The position numbers and the translations under genes were made by a program. The notes beneath the pieces were generated by a model, which had not been told where the DNA came from, did not search any database, and worked only from the letters and a program-made list of their open reading frames with translations. A stretch of 59,429 nt of DNA, counting the filler, from a bacterium (GTDB lineage: Bacteria > JAJRZV01), in the NCBI GenBank assembly GCA_024275095.1. It is 3 parts of 3 records of this genome, joined end to end, with 100 filler letters (N's around TTAATTAATTAA, not from the genome) between each part and the next. Parts side by side here need not be neighbours in the genome. Positions count along the whole stretch, not along the records: positions 31,071 to 54,403 come from JAJRZV010000032.1; positions 54,504 to 59,429 come from JAJRZV010000039.1; 1 more part is not named here. The stretch is one strand, 5' to 3'. Shown one piece after another: positions 49,044 through 58,222 of this stretch; positions within the stretch are counted from its first letter, which is position 1, and each line of letters begins with the position of its first letter.

Positions 49044-49841
49044 CTAATATAATGTGAGTCCTGCGATTAGGCTCTGTACCAGTTTGCCTGTAAGAGGCCA
49101 CAGGAGTATATAAGAGACCGCTCCTGCTGCGAGAAAGGGTCCAAACGGCACTTCGCCTCTTATGTTGCCCTTGCGCCACAGGAGGAAAGGCACGCTTGCG
49201 GCGGCTCCCAGTAGAGAACCCAGAAAGAGGGTGAAACATGTCCCCTGAATGCCGAGAAATGCCCCTATTCCTGCAATGAGTTTCACGTCTCCCATTCCCA
49301 GCGCCTCCCGGCGCAGCAGAAGCGTCATCAGGAGTCCAAGGATAAAAAGTCCACCCGCACATACCACAGCCGCAATGAAGTTGTGAAAGAGTACGTGAGA
49401 CCCTTTCAGCGCTGCAAAAAAGAGTCCGATTAAAATAAGAGGAAGTGAAATAACATCTGGAATGATGTAGTGGAACATGTCAATGAAAAATACAGGCACA
49501 AGCGCCCATGCCAGTATCATGTATTGTACGGTTGCCCAGGAGAACCCGTATACCAGGTATACCCCAACAGTGAGAGCGCAGGTGGTAACTTCCACAAAGG
49601 GGTATAGAGGAGAGATCCGGGTTCCGCAATTTCTGCACCTGCCTCTCAGGATCAAATAGCTGAGGAGGGGTATGTTGTCGTACCATCGAATACGCACGCC
49701 ACAATCGGGACATCGCGAAGCAGGCCGTACAATCGACTCTTTCCGGGGCAGACGGTATATAAGTACATTGTTGAAACTTCCCATGGCAAGCCCGAATATG
49801 ATGGAAGCAGCGAGTCCCAGGTAAAAAAGTCCTCCATCCAT
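49044..49841 (-). CDS. pilD: Prepilin peptidase / N-methyltransferase
   Basis: GSFNNVLIYRLP, SRCPDC, GRCRNC, FIDM, MGDVKL, PFGPFL. Confidence 0.93.
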   Translation of the reverse strand: MDGGLFYLGLAASIIFGLAMGSFNNVLIYRLPRKESIVRPASRCPDCGVRIRWYDNIPLLSYLILRGRCRNCGTRISPLYPFVEVTTCALTVGVYLVYGFSWATVQYMILAWALVPVFFIDMFHYIIPDVISLPLILIGLFFAALKGSHVLFHNFIAAVVCAGGLFILGLLMTLLLRREALGMGDVKLIAGIGAFLGIQGTCFTLFLGSLLGAAASVPFLLWRKGNIRGEVPFGPFLAAGAVSYILLWPLTGKLVQSLIAGLTLY

Positions 49842-49936
49842 GATGGGCCATTTTAATGGATATTTTCATTAAGCGCATCTTATGCACCAGGGCTGATGGT
49901 AATGTAAAGATTCTAAAATGTAGAATAAACAATATT

Positions 49937-50860
49937 ATGAAGAAAATTTCTACTTCGATGAAAGTTTCCTCTTCAGGTGTACGACTGGATGTATTTGTCA
50001 GAGATTCAGTACCCGGCCTTTCCCGGAGCATCATTAAGAAAGCAATAGAGAAAGGCCTTATTACCGTGAACGGAAAGAAAGTGCCAAAGGGATTTATTCT
50101 GAATAGAGGCGATGTTGTTGAGATAAATGATCTCCCACTTCCTGAGACTATTACGCCAGAACCCGACGAGACACTGAATCTCAAAGTGTATTTCCAGGAT
50201 CACTATTTTGTTGCTGTAGAGAAACCCTGTGGTGTGCCCACCCTTCCGCTCCGCTGGGATGAAAAGGGAACGGTGGCCAATTACCTGGCCAGACATTACC
50301 CGGAAGTGATGGAAGTGGGACGCAAGGGCCTGGAGGGGGGCATACTGCATCGTCTTGATGTTGATACGTCAGGTTTTATTCTTGTTGCCCGCAGGGAGGA
50401 AGCGTTTCAGAAATTTCATAAATGGCAGAGAGAAGGAAAGGTAAGGAAGAAATTTCTGGCCCTTGTAAAAGGCGACCTGAATGATGAAGTAACAATTCGT
50501 GTGCCTGTTATGTTTTTACACGGAAGAGAGAAAAAAGTTTACACATCTGTACCGTCGAGTTTTTCAGCGAAACCTCGCAAGGTATATCCAGCGGTCACAC
50601 ATGTAATCCCGCTGGAAAGAAAGGGAGAAAACACGCTTGTTATTGCAGAGGTTTGCAGGGCCGTACGTCATCAAATTAGAACGCATCTTGCTAATATCGG
50701 ACATCCGGTTGTTGGTGATTCGATTTACGGTGTGAGCCAGAAAAGCCGAGAAGAAAGAATGTTTCACCTTCATCTTCTGGAGATGCAGGTGCCCTCGGCA
50801 GGTGATCCCGCTGAGACCATTATCATAAGAAGCGATGTTCCTGGATGGGCTGGGACATGA
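49937..50860 (+). CDS. RluA/RluD-family pseudouridine synthase with S4 domain (start set at ATG 49937)
   Basis: RLDVF, VEKPCG, catalytic HRLDVDTSG, HQIRTHL, GHPVVGDSIYG. Confidence 0.88.
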   Translation: MKKISTSMKVSSSGVRLDVFVRDSVPGLSRSIIKKAIEKGLITVNGKKVPKGFILNRGDVVEINDLPLPETITPEPDETLNLKVYFQDHYFVAVEKPCGVPTLPLRWDEKGTVANYLARHYPEVMEVGRKGLEGGILHRLDVDTSGFILVARREEAFQKFHKWQREGKVRKKFLALVKGDLNDEVTIRVPVMFLHGREKKVYTSVPSSFSAKPRKVYPAVTHVIPLERKGENTLVIAEVCRAVRHQIRTHLANIGHPVVGDSIYGVSQKSREERMFHLHLLEMQVPSAGDPAETIIIRSDVPGWAGT

Positions 50861-50864
50861 GAAA

Positions 50865-51983
50865 TTATTTGCATTTCTCAAGTGCTTCCAGGATGCCGGA
50901 GGTCTCGATCATAAAGCTCAAATCAATGTTTTGCAGGGCTTTACCTGTCACCTCGAAAACCCTATTGATTTCAGGAGATCGCAGAATCTTCAGAACGTCT
51001 GAGTAGGTGAGTTTTACCTTTTGTGCTTTTCTCAGCTTCTCCGGGAACACTTTCCATACGAGGGCATACAGCGAATGTGCGAGTTTGTGTGAGGTCCTGG
51101 CTTTGATCCGTACCATTGAAGCGATGTTGCGGTAGATCTGTTTCGGTGCATATTCAAAAGCAGATGAAAGCATACTTTCGTCAATACCGGACATTTCACG
51201 GAACATGCGATACATCACTGTAACCTCGTATGCAGAGTGAAAATTTTTTGTAACCCGCTCTGTTCCTTTGACAGGTGATGCAAGTTTGATAAACCTCCAC
51301 CACGTCTGTTCGGTGTGCATGGGTTGGGCAATATCTTCAACATAATGAATTGCACGCGCCAGCATTCTGGCACCTTCGTAAATGCGGCATTCTCTAAAAC
51401 TTCGTTGTGCGATATTGAAGAACATTTGGGCTCTGTCTGGAGCCTCCCCCTGCGGAAAGACAATAAAGGGGACCATAAGAAATGGAAACGGGTAATACAG
51501 GTGTTTTACTCCCTGTGCCCCGCCCATCAACGTTTTCAATATTCCCCCCTTTCCGTCTCTATCCATTCCCCAGTCAGGCTCATCCGAGAACGTGCTCAGT
51601 ATCTCTGATAATGTGGCGGATTCTCCGGGTGTCAGTAATTTCTGTATCCGCGGGCATAAGTCAGGATTGAGCCCTTTTTGCTCCATGGATTCAGGTGGGT
51701 TGGAGCAGGGCGCATCCGCCTTGATTCCGTTTTTTAGTGGATCGTAGTGTGGTGTGAGCTCAATCACTTCCCTGCTTAATTGCTGTACGGGTACCACTAT
51801 GGTGCTAAATTGCGGATAGTGACTTTCAAGATACTTACGCGTAATGAGGTAATGGTGAGACCAGCCGAGGGCCTTTTCCTGAGAAACAATTGCAGCAAAA
51901 GCTGCAAACAGCAGGTGCGAGAAACGGACTTTCAGAAATGCCTGGCGTTTTTCCACTGATGATCTCGCAAGCTGAATGTGCAA
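50865..51983 (-). CDS. Secreted Zn-dependent phospholipase C / S1-P1 nuclease family protein (start uncertain)
   Basis: Signal peptide ending ALG then WSHH; DEPD; HYVEDIAQPMH; HSAYE Zn-ligand pattern. Confidence 0.7.
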   Translation of the reverse strand: MHIQLARSSVEKRQAFLKVRFSHLLFAAFAAIVSQEKALGWSHHYLITRKYLESHYPQFSTIVVPVQQLSREVIELTPHYDPLKNGIKADAPCSNPPESMEQKGLNPDLCPRIQKLLTPGESATLSEILSTFSDEPDWGMDRDGKGGILKTLMGGAQGVKHLYYPFPFLMVPFIVFPQGEAPDRAQMFFNIAQRSFRECRIYEGARMLARAIHYVEDIAQPMHTEQTWWRFIKLASPVKGTERVTKNFHSAYEVTVMYRMFREMSGIDESMLSSAFEYAPKQIYRNIASMVRIKARTSHKLAHSLYALVWKVFPEKLRKAQKVKLTYSDVLKILRSPEINRVFEVTGKALQNIDLSFMIETSGILEALEKCK

Positions 51984-52498
51984 CCGCAGTAGTTCTGGCG
52001 GTAAATTCCCAGCTCTCGTGATATGTAGAGGCTTTTTTCATACCATCCGTGTTTCTTGAAATTTACAGGTAGAAATCTGATCCCAGTGCGTTTTGCAATT
52101 TCGGAACCGATTTGAAAAATCATTTCCGCATTCTTACGGGGGCTGTTGGTAAGTACGGTTGTAAAAGTCCCCGCGTTGATTTTCCGTGCAAAATGAGCCG
52201 TCTCCTCCAGCCTCATGTAAATGCACATCTTGCAGCGTTTTCCCCCCTCTGGTTCCTCCTCAAGTCCTTTAACACATGCAAGCCATTTCTTTGGGTTGTA
52301 TGGTCCTTCTTCCCATTGCACGTGAAAGCGTTTGTCGATTTTTTCCATCTGGTACAGGCGCTTCAGGTATTCCTGGTGCGGTTGTATACAGGGATTGTAA
52401 AAATATCCTACTACATCGTACGCGTAAGCGAGAAATGGCAGTGCAAACGCACTGTCAGGAGCACAGCATATATGGACAGCCAGTTTTAGTGACCTCAT
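51932..52498 (-). CDS. queH: Epoxyqueuosine reductase
   Basis: HICCAPD, FYNPCIQP..EY..R, EPEGGKRCKMC, YRQNYCGC. Confidence 0.92.
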   Translation of the reverse strand: MRSLKLAVHICCAPDSAFALPFLAYAYDVVGYFYNPCIQPHQEYLKRLYQMEKIDKRFHVQWEEGPYNPKKWLACVKGLEEEPEGGKRCKMCIYMRLEETAHFARKINAGTFTTVLTNSPRKNAEMIFQIGSEIAKRTGIRFLPVNFKKHGWYEKSLYISRELGIYRQNYCGCTFSLRDHQWKNARHF

Positions 52499-52761
52499 GA
52501 ATATTAGAATAAAAGCGGTTCCTTAGTGTAATCAATAGGAAAGGAGTCCCTTCAGAATCCGACCGGCTGTAAAGCGGGTTTGAAGCTCCCGCTGGATTTC
52601 AAAAATCTATGATGCGCATTGTCTACACGTGAATATAATTTTTCGCAGAATTCACGGGTTCTTTACTTTGATAAAATTTGCAAAATATTTGGGTATTTGA
52701 TATATACCCCCTGTTATTTTTATGAGAAAGGGATGGAAAACCTTAAATTCAGGAGGAATCA

Positions 52762-53496
52762 ATGACATTATCAGCAGATGATCTCAAACGTTACAACCGG
52801 CAGATGATGATGGCAGGGTGGGGCGAGCAAATTCAAGAAAAACTTAAAAATTCAAAAGTATTTATCGCAGGAGCAGGTGGACTTGGTAGCCCTGTGTCCA
52901 TCTATCTGGCTGTGGCAGGTATTGGTTCCATCACAATTGTGGATGCAGATAAAATTGAGCTCTCGAACCTCAACAGGCAGATTCTTCATCCCAATGAGCG
53001 TATAGGAGTTGAAAAAGCACGCTCTGCGGAACAGACCCTGAAAGCGATCAATCCTGATGTGGAGATAAAGGGAATTGTCGCGTACATTGACGAAAATAGT
53101 GTTGCTGACCTTATCGGTGATGCTGACCTCATAATGGATTGTCTGGACAATATGGATACGCGGCACATTATAAATAAATACGCAGTTAAAGCTGGGATAC
53201 CTCTGGTACACGGAGCCATCTGGGGTTTGACAGGGCAGGTGACTTTTATCAAGCCGGGAGAGACCCCGTGCCTCAAATGTCTTTTCCCGGAATCTCCACC
53301 GAGAGAAACATTTCCGGTTGTGGGAGCAACACCTGGTGTGATTGGCTGTATTCAGGCCATGGAAGCCATTAAGTATCTCACGGGTATAGGGGAAAACCTC
53401 TGCGGCACATTGCTCGTTATGGATGGAGAAACCATGCGTTTCGATCATCTGAAGATAAGACGAGTGCCTGACTGCCCACACTGTGGAAATTCATAG
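52762..53496 (+). CDS. MoeB/ThiF/HesA adenylyltransferase
   Basis: RYNRQ, GAGGLG, SNLNRQ, DCLDN, PCLKC, QAMEAIK, CPHC; AGGAGG RBS. Confidence 0.92.
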   Translation: MTLSADDLKRYNRQMMMAGWGEQIQEKLKNSKVFIAGAGGLGSPVSIYLAVAGIGSITIVDADKIELSNLNRQILHPNERIGVEKARSAEQTLKAINPDVEIKGIVAYIDENSVADLIGDADLIMDCLDNMDTRHIINKYAVKAGIPLVHGAIWGLTGQVTFIKPGETPCLKCLFPESPPRETFPVVGATPGVIGCIQAMEAIKYLTGIGENLCGTLLVMDGETMRFDHLKIRRVPDCPHCGNS

Positions 53497-53626
53497 CGAG
53501 TTCGAAAAGTCACTGACAGAGTTTAATTTCCGTCTGTATTTATCGTACACACGCGCCACATGCTTAATACCACGGGCAAGCTCCATTGATGAGAGATTAT
53601 TTTGGGTTGATGGTTGAATTATTAAG

Positions 53627-54403
53627 CTTGTCCACCCCCAGTTTTTAAGCACGGTTAGAAATAAATGGATTTAAGAAGGGTGCTTTTATCAAATCAGGGG
53701 GATTAAGAAACCAGGAGGGTTTGTAGGGTCGCCTTCCCGGGTGAAGATTATAAAAATGATTTACTTTCATAAGAAGTGTTAAGCGGTGCGTGATGAAGTA
53801 AAAGGAGGAGGTTTGTTTTGGGTAATTTTTCTGTAATAGACAGGAGTACAAGGTATGCTTTATATCTCCAGCGGGGATGTGCCAACATATTCATAGCGAG
53901 GGTAAGCACACTTAAAGTTCTTGTGGTGCCATGTCTGGGTTTTCTGCGAGGGATTTCAAAATAATCTCTCGCTTTTCGGCTTCCTGAGAGGCACCCAATA
54001 TGAGAGCCAGTGTATAGGCTAAGGAAGTTCTCTCATCTTTATTCGCTCGCCATTCACCTCTACTATGGTGTTAGACCGCCCACGAATAATGTACAGCCTT
54101 TTCTCACGCAAGAGCGCCTTAATAAACTTGCCCTCGCATAGCCCCTATCTCCTATAAAAACAGGAATAACCCCCTCAGGTAAAGAAATCTCTATATCCAG
54201 AAGAAATATGTGCTCAAGCTGATTCTGACTGTCCAGTCTGCTCTCCACCCACGGGTATTCAAAGGTATATACGGAGATAGGTAAAATTCGCCCCCTGTAG
54301 GGAACACCAGCAAATAAAACCAGAACTGTTCCAATTTTGGTCTGGTCAAATATTACAGGCCAGAACCTTCCGCCTTTCAATCTCACAACTAAATCCACAA
54401 GCC
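53627..54403 (-). mobile_element. Degraded IS4-like (DDE) transposase remnant at a contig end
   Basis: IFDQT, YRGRILP, SQNQLE, IGDRGY, then stops and frameshifts with a C-terminal fragment (RTLSVLTLAM). The catalytic-Glu region is not recognisable. Candidate terminal repeat CTTGTCCACCCCCAGTTTT starts at 53627. Confidence 0.7.
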
Positions 54404-54503
54404 NNNNNNNNNNNNNNNNNNNNNNNNNNNNNNNNNNNNNNNNNNNNTTAATTAATTAANNNNNNNNNNNNNNNNNNNNNNNNNNNNNNNNNNNNNNNNN
54501 NNN
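54404..54503. other. Artificial contig spacer
   Basis: 100-nt N block with TTAATTAATTAA at 54448-54459. Confidence 0.97.
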
Positions 54504-54740
54504 ATTATCAACACGGACGGAACAGGCTACACCGTGCTCACCGACGGTACAGGAAGCAACGAGTGGCCAGAATGGTCGCCTGACGGTCGGTATATACTAT
54601 TCTCCGGGCGTCGGGAGACAGACGACTACGACCTCTATCTGCTTAATGTGGACACGGGACGCATCCAGCGGTTGTTTCACACACCAGCAAATGAGAAGTG
54701 TCCTTCGTGGTCCCGTACTTATCTTACGCCGGAGAACTGA
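54504..54740 (+). CDS. C-terminal fragment of a TolB-like PD40 beta-propeller protein
   Basis: Open from the gap; PEWSPDGRYILFS and CPSWS repeats. Confidence 0.75.
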   Translation: MINTDGTGYTVLTDGTGSNEWPEWSPDGRYILFSGRRETDDYDLYLLNVDTGRIQRLFHTPANEKCPSWSRTYLTPEN

Positions 54741-54741
54741 G

Positions 54742-55818
54742 ATGGGTCTTAAATGCGGTATTGTAGGTTTACCCAACTCGGGGAAATCCACGCTGTTCAA
54801 TGCACTCACAGGTGCAGGGGTGAGGATGGACACTTTTCCTTTCACCACTGTTGATCCAAACGTGGGAGTGGTGGAAGTGCCGGATCAGCGATTGAAAAAA
54901 ATCGCCGAGCTTGTACGAACGCCAAAAGTAACCCCAGCGACTGTACACTTTGTTGACATCGCAGGTCTGGTGAAAGGCGCGAGCGAGGGTGAAGGTTTGG
55001 GTAACGCCTTTCTCTCACATATCCGCGGAACAGACCTGATAGTGCATGTGGTGCGATGCTTCGCAGATGAGGACATACCGCACCTGATGGGGCAACCCAA
55101 TCCCCACAGAGACATCGAGGTGATAGAGCTGGAGCTGTTTTCTTCAGACCTTGAGGTAGTGGAAAGGCGATTGGAGAAGGTAGAAGTGCTGGTGAGGAAA
55201 GGGGTAAAGGATGTATCACACGAGGTAGATGTTCTACGCGCCCTTCGAGACCACCTCAGTCGAGGAGAGCGCCCGCCACAGGAAGTAATAAGAGAATTGC
55301 CTTCGGACCTCCACATTATCACAGCACTTCCTGTGATATTTGTGGCCAATGTTTCAGGAAAAGACGAAGAAGCTCAATGGGTGGAGTCTCTCAGCGATGA
55401 GGCTCAACGTCGCGATGCGCCGCTTGTCACCATCAATGCCAAATTGGAGTGGGAACTGTCGGATATGGAACCGGAAGAGAGAAAAGAATTTATGGCCGCT
55501 TACGAAATACCATTCTCAGGCGTGGAAGAACTTTCGGGCGCCGCTTACAAGTTACTGGACCTTATAACCTTTTACACTCACGCCGGCGGAAAGGAGCTAA
55601 GGGCCTGGCCCGTTAAAAGAGGCACCACGGCTGTAAAAGGAGCGGGAATGATCCATTCGGATTTTGAAAAGGGCTTCATTCGAGCAGAGGTCATCGCATA
55701 CAATGATTTCATTTCTGCAGGTGGGGAGCACGGCGCTCGCGAGAAAGGATTCGTGAAAACTGTTGGACGCGATTACCTGATTCAGGATGGCGATATTATC
55801 ACATTCAAGACGAGGTGA
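54742..55818 (+). CDS. ychF: Ribosome-binding ATPase YchF (start set at ATG 54742)
   Basis: GIVGLPNSGKST, FVDIAGLVKGASEGEGLGN, IHSDFEKGFIRAE, QDGDII. Confidence 0.96.
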   Translation: MGLKCGIVGLPNSGKSTLFNALTGAGVRMDTFPFTTVDPNVGVVEVPDQRLKKIAELVRTPKVTPATVHFVDIAGLVKGASEGEGLGNAFLSHIRGTDLIVHVVRCFADEDIPHLMGQPNPHRDIEVIELELFSSDLEVVERRLEKVEVLVRKGVKDVSHEVDVLRALRDHLSRGERPPQEVIRELPSDLHIITALPVIFVANVSGKDEEAQWVESLSDEAQRRDAPLVTINAKLEWELSDMEPEERKEFMAAYEIPFSGVEELSGAAYKLLDLITFYTHAGGKELRAWPVKRGTTAVKGAGMIHSDFEKGFIRAEVIAYNDFISAGGEHGAREKGFVKTVGRDYLIQDGDIITFKTR

Positions 55819-55821
55819 ATC

Positions 55822-56679
55822 CTGATTACCGGAAGGACCAAGGTGGTGGGTATTCTCGGGTACCCGGTTGACCATTCGCTTTCACCACCCATGCACAACG
55901 CAGCCTTTCAGGCTCTTGGTCTTGACTGGGTGTATGTGCCATTTCCTGTAAGACCCGAGGCTCTCGAGAGCGCGGTGCACGGGCTTGTTGCCTGCGGCGT
56001 CCGAGGATTCAATGTGACTGTGCCTCATAAAGTCGCTGTGATGAAACACCTGGATGAGATAGATAACACAGCCCGTATAATCGGTGCCGTCAACACCGTG
56101 GTGATTAACAGCGACGGGCGAACAAGAGGCTACAATACAGATGCAGACGGATTTATCAGGTCATTATATGAAGAAAGTGTCAATGTAAAAGGAACGGCTG
56201 TACTGATTATAGGCGCGGGGGGTGCAGCACGAGCAATCGCCTGCGGGATGCTTCGTGAAGGAGCACGGGAAATCGTCATCGGTAACAGAACCCAGGAAAA
56301 GGCACGAAACCTGGCCGAACACCTGAAAAAATCTTATTCTCAGGTTGATATAAAATGGGTTCCATTAACCAACGTGCCAGCACTCATACCTCACTGTGAC
56401 ATTATCGTAAATGCGACTTCACTTGGAATGAAAGGTCAGCCACCTCTGGAAATCGACCTTTCCAGCGCAAAGCCTGATGCCGTTATTTGTGATATTGTAT
56501 ATTCCCCCATACATACAGAGTTTCTTTCCCGCGCACGGGAAAAAGGACTGAAGATTATCACAGGTGATGGAATGCTACTCCATCAGGGGACCAAAGCATT
56601 TGAGCTCTGGACCGGACACGATGCACCTGTTGATGTAATGCGCAGGGCGCTGAACGATCTTTTGAATTCCGGTAGTTAA
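55822..56679 (+). CDS. aroE: Shikimate dehydrogenase (probable CTG start at 55822; ORF track starts at 55843)
   Basis: HSLSPPMHN, NVTVPHK, GAVNT, NTD, GAGGAA, NATSLGM, DIVY, MLLHQG. Confidence 0.95.
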   Translation: MITGRTKVVGILGYPVDHSLSPPMHNAAFQALGLDWVYVPFPVRPEALESAVHGLVACGVRGFNVTVPHKVAVMKHLDEIDNTARIIGAVNTVVINSDGRTRGYNTDADGFIRSLYEESVNVKGTAVLIIGAGGAARAIACGMLREGAREIVIGNRTQEKARNLAEHLKKSYSQVDIKWVPLTNVPALIPHCDIIVNATSLGMKGQPPLEIDLSSAKPDAVICDIVYSPIHTEFLSRAREKGLKIITGDGMLLHQGTKAFELWTGHDAPVDVMRRALNDLLNSGS

Positions 56680-56702
56680 CCTGTACGGTGTATCCTTGTT
56701 GT

Positions 56703-57431
56703 TCACGATTCTCTGTCGGAAGGTTCACGGGTCGCGGCTTTTGCGGCCTTTTCTTCTTTAAGCTGTTTTTCCATTTCGCTTGCCATGGCTTTGAGAATTT
56801 CTTCTCGAGTTGCGGGCCTTCTCTTTCCCAGTATGTCCACCAGTTGGTATGCCTGAACCGCGGCAAACAGAGCTGCAGACATAAGGACAAACACGGGCTG
56901 GAGCACACCGAACCCCACGGAGACGCTGAACAAGGCACCAAAAACAGAAGAGAGCATTACAGTGAATAATGTTTTGAGGAACTTGAAGGCGGAGGCAGCT
57001 ATCAAACCCGCGATAAAAAACGGGATAAGATGGTAAGGGTTGGACTGGACCAGAGTGAATGAAGATTTGAGAAGCACATCGAGCGACGCAATGGCACCGT
57101 CATTTACAATAACGACCAGAAACAAATAGGAAAATCCCCCGGCAGCAAATACAATCGCTCCCACCACCGCAGCCGTCAGTTTCACGAGCACAAAAGCAGT
57201 CACCGCACCTACCAGAAGAATAAACACGTAAGCGAGAACCTGACTGTGAAATACCTGAGCTATGGTTTCACTGTAGGAAGGCGGAAATGCAGCAAGGGCG
57301 ATCAAGGCTCCCGCACAACCTACCGTAAGGAAAGGATGGCGCATGTACAGGCGTGTGCCTCTCAGGCCAACAAGCAAACCGGTAACAACAGCGGCGATGC
57401 GGTACATGTAAGAACATACAATGTTTTCCAT
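56703..57431 (-). CDS. Hypothetical polytopic membrane protein
   Basis: About 7 hydrophobic segments and a charged C-terminal tail; coupled to the upstream RDD gene by TAATG. Confidence 0.7.
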   Translation of the reverse strand: MENIVCSYMYRIAAVVTGLLVGLRGTRLYMRHPFLTVGCAGALIALAAFPPSYSETIAQVFHSQVLAYVFILLVGAVTAFVLVKLTAAVVGAIVFAAGGFSYLFLVVIVNDGAIASLDVLLKSSFTLVQSNPYHLIPFFIAGLIAASAFKFLKTLFTVMLSSVFGALFSVSVGFGVLQPVFVLMSAALFAAVQAYQLVDILGKRRPATREEILKAMASEMEKQLKEEKAAKAATREPSDRES

Positions 57432-58222
57432 TATACCCTTACAACCTCCGTACTGCTCAAACGATCGTGAAGAGCCTGGCGTGTACTGGAAAATAAAATC
57501 ATTATGAAACCAGCAAGTAAAGGTGCTGTTGACAGGGCATAACAGAAAAAACGGAACGCAGCTTTTTCAATGCCCGGAGGGTCGCCCATGCGGTCCACCA
57601 CCATAATTTCAAAAATCATTTTCCCGGGTGTCTGCCCGCACAAACCGTGAAATATCGTGAAGTAAAAAAAAGCCATCACTCCGAAAAAGAATGCAAACAC
57701 TCCTTCTATCAATTTGAGCATCTCAGGATAAGAAATGGCGGAAAGAGTGGATAAAGCACCTGATATGTAAAGTGCGAGCACTTCTGCTCCTGCACTGAGA
57801 ACGACGAGCAAAGCGAGGTCGAACCCAAAGGCAAGCACGCGTTCCCCCAAGGACGCATAATTCCGCATCCGCTGTGCCCGTTGAATGCGCTGGGCACCAG
57901 ATGTGATACGGGTTGTCTTGCGTGTCTCCGGCGCAGGCGCTCTGCGCAGCGGTGCCTTCTCCTTCACAGGAACACGCGGCTTTTGTTGTTGAGGTCGCTC
58001 CGGGGGCGGCGATGGTTCAGGTGAAGTTTTTTCTACCACAGGCGGCTCCTCCATTTTTACTGTTGCCGCATCGTTGTACTCCGAAGTTGACGTTGCAGGG
58101 ACAGTGGTGAGAGTGGTGGTTTCCTCAAACTCCACCATGGGTGTGTTGCAGAGTGGACACGTATCCACATTTTCCTCGAGAGGGAAAAAACCGCATGAAG
58201 GACATTTTTTTAAAGGGCTCAT
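57431..58222 (-). CDS. RDD family protein with N-terminal Zn ribbon and Pro/Thr linker
   Basis: CPSC..CPLC; RVLAFGFD, GQTPGK, QALHD. Confidence 0.88.
   Translation of the reverse strand: MSPLKKCPSCGFFPLEENVDTCPLCNTPMVEFEETTTLTTVPATSTSEYNDAATVKMEEPPVVEKTSPEPSPPPERPQQQKPRVPVKEKAPLRRAPAPETRKTTRITSGAQRIQRAQRMRNYASLGERVLAFGFDLALLVVLSAGAEVLALYISGALSTLSAISYPEMLKLIEGVFAFFFGVMAFFYFTIFHGLCGQTPGKMIFEIMVVDRMGDPPGIEKAAFRFFCYALSTAPLLAGFIMILFSSTRQALHDRLSSTEVVRV

Noticed and set aside
52499-52761. Moco/Wco riboswitch upstream of moeB
   Set aside because: GGAAAGGAG, an AGCGGG/CCCGCT hairpin and GGGTAT-N7-ATACCC are present, but not in the order I recall for the Moco motif. An Rfam scan would be needed.
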